Shown here: positions 58,278 to 64,000 of the stretch, piece by piece
Numbering within the stretch: the stretch's first letter is position 1
Layout: every line of letters begins with the position of its first letter
Assembly (NCBI GenBank): GCA_050613775.1
Contig: JBODTK010000013.1
Span: forward strand, 806,001-870,000
DNA length: 64,000 bases
Direction of reading: 5' to 3'
Source of the DNA: Neocallimastix sp. 'constans'
Taxonomy: Eukaryota
Position numbers and translations under genes: made by a program
The notes under the pieces: model-generated
What the model was told of the DNA's origin: nothing
Seen by the model: only the letters and a program-made list of their open reading frames with translations
Database searches by the model: none

Positions 58278-61200
58278 TTGAACGAAGTTGAAGATTTAAT
58301 TCAAAAATTCGAAAACCTTGATTTAGAAATGAACCAAGCAAATAATCAAGGCTTCTTAAGAAACACTCAGAAAACAGTAAATGATCCACCACTGTTTTCT
58401 GGTATCAAGAGGGAATTCGACGGGTTCCTAACCAGAGCCGAAATTGCTATGGAATCCAACCCACATGGAATTAATAATGACATCGCAAAAGTCAAATTCA
58501 TAATTTCTTATTTAATTGGAGAACCTTTAGACTGGGCTTCGTCTTTGAGACGCAACAATGACGAAATTTTGAATTCCTATGAAAATTTCATTAATGAACT
58601 TAGAGCTCGTTATGGTGAAGAAGAAGTTAATACTGTAATTGCTAATGGGAAACTTTGTTCAATCCGTCAACATAAGTTTGGTCGCGTTAACGATTACATT
58701 AATGAATTCAATAAAGTTGCAAGAAACTCAGACTTCAACGAGTCTGCAAAAATATACATGTTTATCAAAGGATTACATTATAAAATGAGAGAACATCTTG
58801 CCGTGGTCAATCCGAACCCAAACAATTTAAGAGCTTTGTTTACTGACGTTATTAGCATTGAGAGTTTAACCAAAAGACACAGTATTAATGAATTTTATTT
58901 TCATCAATACAATCACCGAAACAACGCTAGTTCCAGTACACAACTCACTAATAATGATCCCATGGAAGTTGACCTCTATCGAATCAAGAGAGGTCAAAGG
59001 AATACCAACTATTTCCCATCCAACAAGAAATTGTACCAGGAGAATGTTAACTCTAAGGAAGAAGAAAGAAGAAAAGGTCTTTGCTACTATTGTAAGCAAC
59101 CAGGGCATCTTAAATTTAATTGCCCGAACAAGAAGAGGCCCGCTACAGTTAAAATGATCAACAAGAAAGAAAGAAATGATAATATTGCATCTACTAGCTT
59201 AAGAAGAATCAGAAGAATCAACAGCCAAGAAGATATTTTGAAAGTCAGAAAAATTGTTGAAGAGCAAAACTCACTCTTGACCAAGAAAAGTAACATTATT
59301 GATTTTTATATCAAAACAAACGATACAGAAGAAGTAAAGGCAAGAGTTTTGATTGATTCTGGATCAGATCTTAACTTTATTCACCCAGAATTTGTGAAGG
59401 CTTTTGGAATCAAAACCCAACAAATTGAAGAACCATTCCGTGTTACTGGTCTTGGTTACGGAATATCAACAGTTAAAAAGGAAACGGAGAAGTGCATTTT
59501 ACGTTTAAAAAATCACTTAGAAATCATTCAATTGTATGTACTCAGAATTCCTGATGTTGATATTATTTTAGGTCTACCTTGGATTGAGAAGCATTCGCCT
59601 TATAATTACCACGACGCAAAGAAGATCTCCTTTGGCTCAGGATTTTGCGCTAGACACTGTAATAACGGTAAAAGAAAAAGAAAGAACAAGATCAAGAACA
59701 AGAAAAAGAACAAAGGAAAAGAATCTGCTACCGACTTGGAAGAAAATAAAATTATTGAAGACTCAAGAAAAAGAAAATCTTTCTTTGACTCCGATTCCGA
59801 ATCTGATTCTGAAGAAGAAATTTCTATTCGTGGCCGCCGAACTCGTATTAGAACTTGTACTGAATTTATTAATAGTGATAGCGATAGTGATATTAATGAT
59901 ACTTTTATGTTAGATAATTTTAGTGATAGCATTAGTGATAGCGATAATTTTAGTGATAGTGATGATATTATTGTTATGAATTGTGATAGTAAAATTAGTA
60001 AAAATAGTTTAAAGATCTTAAAGAAAATTTGTGAATCAAGTAAATGTAAGAAATTAAATGTAATTGAAAAATGTAATAATGAAAATAATAATTTAAATAA
60101 AGATGATGAAAAGGTCGAAGTACCTGAAATCTATTTGATGTTTAAAGAAGTGTTTAATGAAAATAATTGTAATGTGTTACCTCCGCATCGTAATTATGAT
60201 TGTGAGATTAAATTAAAAGATAATTGTAGTTTATTTTATGGACCGTTGTATCCTTTAACTGAGACGGAGAGAGAAGAATTAAAGAAATATTTAGAAGAAA
60301 ATTTAAAAAAGGGTTTTATTAGAAAATCTTCTTCTCCCGCTGGAGCACCTATTTTATTTGTTAGAAAAAAGGATGGTACATATAGATTAGTTATTGATTA
60401 TAGAAAATTAAATGAAATGACCATCCGTAACTCTTACCCTCTTCCTTTAATTAGTGAATTGTTGGATAGAGTTAAAGGTGCTAAATATTTTACTAAGTTA
60501 GATTTAAAATCTGCCTATAACTTAGTAAGAATTAAAGAAGGTGACGAGTACAAAACTGCCTTTCGCACAAGATATGGGCACTTTGAATATCTCGTTATGC
60601 CTTTTGGGCTTAAGAATGCCCCTGCTACATTCCAACATTTTATAAATGATGTTCTCAGTGATTACTTAGATGATTTTGTAATCTCTTATATTGATGACAT
60701 TTTAATTTATTCTAATACTTTAGAAGAACATCATGTACATGTCAAGAAAGTTTTAAGAAAATTGTTAGAGAATCATTTAGTTGTTAAATTAGAAAAGTGT
60801 GAATTTGATGTAACTGAAACTACTTTTCTTGGTTATGTTTTATCAAGAGATGGAATTAAAATGGATAAAGAAAAAGTTAAAGCAATTTTAGATTGGCCTG
60901 TTCCAACAAACATTAAAGAAATTCAATCGTTTATTGGACTTTGTAATTATTACAGAATTTTTATTAAAGACTTTGCGAAAATTGCAAATCCTCTCCACAA
61001 ATTAACTAGAAAAAATGTTCCTTTTAATTGGAGTTCTGAACAACAAAAAGCGTTTGATACTTTAAAAGAATTATTTACTACTGCTCCTATTTTGAAACAT
61101 CCTGATAGCAACAAACAATTCATTGTTGAAACTGATGCTAGTAATTTTGCTGTTGGTGCAATTCTTTCTCAGGAATTTGATGGGCATTTGCATCCAATTG

Positions 61201-63098
61201 CTTTTATTTCTACTAGCTTAACTAAATCCCAAAGAAATTACCCTATCTATGACAAAGAACTTCTTGCTATTAAAGTTGCATTGGAAGGATGGAGACATTA
61301 CTTAGAAGGAGCTCGCCATCAGTTTATTATTTATACTGATCATAAAAATTTAACCTTTCCTCGAAAACCCGAACTCCTTTCCCAACGTCAAATCCGTTGG
61401 TATGAATTCTTATCTAGATTTGATTTTAAACTAATTTACAGAGCTGGCAAAAAGTCAGGTAAACCAGATATTTTATCAAGACGTAGTGATCATTTATTTG
61501 CTAGTGTTCGTCCTATTTCATGCGTTATTAATTCATGTAGTTTTAAGAATGATTCTTTAATCTCCTCTATTCATGATTCTCTAGCTAATGATGAATTCTA
61601 TTGCAAAATAACTGAATTTCTTAAAAATGATAAATCAAAAGATCCCCCTTTTAGTAAAATCGATAAATTTTCTCTTGACAAAAATGGTTATTTACTTTTT
61701 GAAAATTTAATTTATGTTCCCAATAAAATTAGAATAAGAGTTTTAGAACTCCATCATGACTCTATTTCTGCTGGTCATTTTGGAATTAATAAAACTATTG
61801 AACTTATTTCTCGTAATTTCTGGTGGCCTAAATTACAAAAAGATGTTAAAATGTTTATTAAATCTTGTGAAATTTGTTCAAAATCCAAAATCCCAAGACA
61901 TAAGCCATATGGTTTACTTTCTCCACTTTCTACACCAAATAGAGCCTGGTCTGCTATCTCTATGGATTTTATTGTTGAACTTCCGAAATCCAAAGATATG
62001 ACCACTATAATGGTTGTTGTGGATCGCTTAACTAAAATGGCTCATTTTATACCATTTAGATGTCTTCCTACTGCTTCTATTGCTGCTGATTCTTTCATTG
62101 CTAATATTTTTAAACTTCATGGTTTCCCCGATTCTATTATTTCTGATCGTGGTTCTCAATTTACCTCTGATTTTTGGAATCGTCTTTGCTCTCTTTTAAA
62201 TATTAAGCATTCTTTTTCTACTGCTAATCACCCGCAGACTGATGGTCAAACGGAGAGGGTGAACTCGATATTGGAACAATATCTTCGTTGTTTCATTAAC
62301 GAAAAACAAAATAATTGGTTTGATTTATTACCTTTTGCAGAATTTTCTTATAACAATACTTTACAACAATCAATAAATCAATCACCATTTTTTGCAAATT
62401 ATGGATTTAATCCAAAGTTTAATCCTGAGATTCCTTCAAACGAGAATCCACATAGAGCTGAAAAAAGAATATTGAATATTAACGAAAACATAAAGTTTTT
62501 AAAAGAAAATTTAGAACAAGCGAAAAAGACTTATAAAAAATATGCAGATTTAAAAAGAATAGATTCTCCTGATTTTAAAGTAGGAAATAAAGTTTATCTT
62601 TTAAAGGGTAATACAACAAAGAAAAATAAAAAATTATCTGATCAACTAATAGGACCCTTTGAAATCATTAGAAAAGTTAGTGATTTAGCGTATGAACTTA
62701 AACTTCCTAATAATATGCGCTGTCACCCTGTATTCCATGTTTCGCTCCTCGAACCTTACCATGAAAATGAATTCCCAAACAGAAGAAATACTCGTAGAAG
62801 AAATATTAATCTTACTACGGATACAATTAATAGAAGTCCTGAAAGAATAATTAAAATGAAAACTTTTAACAATAAAAATCGTTACTTGATTAAATGGAAA
62901 GGATGCGATTCTAATGAAAATACTTGGATCGATGAAGATCAAATTTTTGATAAACAATTAATACAAGAATACTATAGAAAAGAAAAGAAGAATAAATCTT
63001 CGAATATTAACAATGAATTTTGCCAACTACCTGAAGATTCGAACGAGTACTATGTTAGGCATAAATATCAACCTTTTGTGATCGATCTTCCTTCCTAA
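58278..63098 (+). CDS. Single-ORF Gag-Pol polyprotein (capsid, CCHC, protease, RT, RNase H, integrase, chromodomain); first ATG at 58329
   Basis: CYYCKQPGHLKFNC, LIDSGS, MPFGLKNAP, YIDD, ETDAS, HDSISAGH..CEIC, SMDF..SDRG..QTERVN, GPF..HPVFHVSLLEP, YLIKWKG..NTW. Confidence 0.97.
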   Translation: MNEVEDLIQKFENLDLEMNQANNQGFLRNTQKTVNDPPLFSGIKREFDGFLTRAEIAMESNPHGINNDIAKVKFIISYLIGEPLDWASSLRRNNDEILNSYENFINELRARYGEEEVNTVIANGKLCSIRQHKFGRVNDYINEFNKVARNSDFNESAKIYMFIKGLHYKMREHLAVVNPNPNNLRALFTDVISIESLTKRHSINEFYFHQYNHRNNASSSTQLTNNDPMEVDLYRIKRGQRNTNYFPSNKKLYQENVNSKEEERRKGLCYYCKQPGHLKFNCPNKKRPATVKMINKKERNDNIASTSLRRIRRINSQEDILKVRKIVEEQNSLLTKKSNIIDFYIKTNDTEEVKARVLIDSGSDLNFIHPEFVKAFGIKTQQIEEPFRVTGLGYGISTVKKETEKCILRLKNHLEIIQLYVLRIPDVDIILGLPWIEKHSPYNYHDAKKISFGSGFCARHCNNGKRKRKNKIKNKKKNKGKESATDLEENKIIEDSRKRKSFFDSDSESDSEEEISIRGRRTRIRTCTEFINSDSDSDINDTFMLDNFSDSISDSDNFSDSDDIIVMNCDSKISKNSLKILKKICESSKCKKLNVIEKCNNENNNLNKDDEKVEVPEIYLMFKEVFNENNCNVLPPHRNYDCEIKLKDNCSLFYGPLYPLTETEREELKKYLEENLKKGFIRKSSSPAGAPILFVRKKDGTYRLVIDYRKLNEMTIRNSYPLPLISELLDRVKGAKYFTKLDLKSAYNLVRIKEGDEYKTAFRTRYGHFEYLVMPFGLKNAPATFQHFINDVLSDYLDDFVISYIDDILIYSNTLEEHHVHVKKVLRKLLENHLVVKLEKCEFDVTETTFLGYVLSRDGIKMDKEKVKAILDWPVPTNIKEIQSFIGLCNYYRIFIKDFAKIANPLHKLTRKNVPFNWSSEQQKAFDTLKELFTTAPILKHPDSNKQFIVETDASNFAVGAILSQEFDGHLHPIAFISTSLTKSQRNYPIYDKELLAIKVALEGWRHYLEGARHQFIIYTDHKNLTFPRKPELLSQRQIRWYEFLSRFDFKLIYRAGKKSGKPDILSRRSDHLFASVRPISCVINSCSFKNDSLISSIHDSLANDEFYCKITEFLKNDKSKDPPFSKIDKFSLDKNGYLLFENLIYVPNKIRIRVLELHHDSISAGHFGINKTIELISRNFWWPKLQKDVKMFIKSCEICSKSKIPRHKPYGLLSPLSTPNRAWSAISMDFIVELPKSKDMTTIMVVVDRLTKMAHFIPFRCLPTASIAADSFIANIFKLHGFPDSIISDRGSQFTSDFWNRLCSLLNIKHSFSTANHPQTDGQTERVNSILEQYLRCFINEKQNNWFDLLPFAEFSYNNTLQQSINQSPFFANYGFNPKFNPEIPSNENPHRAEKRILNINENIKFLKENLEQAKKTYKKYADLKRIDSPDFKVGNKVYLLKGNTTKKNKKLSDQLIGPFEIIRKVSDLAYELKLPNNMRCHPVFHVSLLEPYHENEFPNRRNTRRRNINLTTDTINRSPERIIKMKTFNNKNRYLIKWKGCDSNENTWIDEDQIFDKQLIQEYYRKEKKNKSSNINNEFCQLPEDSNEYYVRHKYQPFVIDLPS

Positions 63099-63907
63099 AG
63101 TTAATCTCGCAGGAGCTCGACTTAAAGGGCGAGATTGTAAAGATATTATTAATATCTTTAAATAATTTTAATTAAATTTAATCATAAATTTAAGTAAAAT
63201 TAAAATAAATTTATTTGAAATCACGTGTATAAAATTATTGAAAATATTTTTAACATAATTTCGATTTTTTTCCCAATCATACTAATAAATTAAAAATTTC
63301 TCTTGTGAAACTAGTATTTGAAAATCATTTCTTTTTATGTAATTTAATTTAAATAATAAGAGTTAAGGTTTTTCACAAGATAAATTAACAACATGAAACT
63401 ATGCAATTAGTCATGTTGAAACTTACGGCATTTTATGCTAAATTTATATTAAATAATTATGACAACTTTTATATTATTTTTAAATAGAAAATATATAATA
63501 AATTTACTAATAATATTTAAATAATAAATAAATAATAAATGAACTCAATTAGAATTGATTATATTTATTTTAGTTATTAATTATAATTCTCTTTATTTAG
63601 TAATAGTTAATTATTTATTATTAGTTTAGGTTAGTACTGTTTTAAATAAATAGCTAGATAATATAATTCAATAGGAATTATATATTATAAATGCAATAAG
63701 ATAAAAATATAAATAGTTATCAAATTTCATGTATTTTAATCGATGTAATTGTTATTAACGATTTCTTGTTAATAACACTTTAAAATAAATAAAGATTTTA
63801 ATATTTAAAAAATTAATAAAACTTGTTCTTTAAAACTATTATTTTGTGTTTTAGTGTTATTATTGAAGTGTTGATTTATAATCTATTTTTTTTATCAAAA
63901 CTTTATA

Positions 63908-64000
63908 TTAATAGACTCAGGATCTTTATATTGTTTTCTAAACTTTTCAGGTACTGATGTGAATGGTTCGAGTTCAGAGACGTGGAAAACCTTATGATGC
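63908..64000 (-). mobile_element. Integrase C-terminus of the older chromovirus, continuing off the right edge
   Basis: HHKVFHVSELEPFTSVPEKFRKQYKDPESIK joins in frame to the 56760 segment once the inserted element is removed. Confidence 0.85.

Larger units (their letters stand above)
56761..63907 (+). mobile_element. Intact young Ty3/gypsy chromovirus (Tf1/sushi-like)
   Basis: Two 772-bp LTRs (56761-57532, 63136-63907) with no differences seen by eye; 5-bp TSD TTAAT; PPT AAAGGGCGAGAT; uninterrupted gag-pol. Confidence 0.97.

Overview
Extremely AT-rich, intron-dense eukaryotic DNA with long homopolymer and (AAT)n tracts. Style and gene content suggest an anaerobic gut fungus (Neocallimastigomycota); this is inference. 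Host genes assembled by eye from exons: an RRM + WD40 (MSI/RBBP4-like) protein, ubiquilin/Dsk2, coatomer epsilon, methionyl-tRNA synthetase, TBCK, a low-complexity orphan, PRCC, Acl4, and a signal-anchor + ankyrin + catalytically degenerate sirtuin fusion. Roughly a third of the window is mobile DNA: a Mutator (MULE) cluster enclosing a frameshifted secreted Cys-rich cargo gene, two 5'-truncated LINEs with TSDs, two decayed Ty1/copia elements, a GC-richer island with a tRNA-like head, and a young intact self-priming chromovirus (Ty3/gypsy) nested in another chromovirus. Exon boundaries are manual and approximate; no database searches or computed alignments were run.
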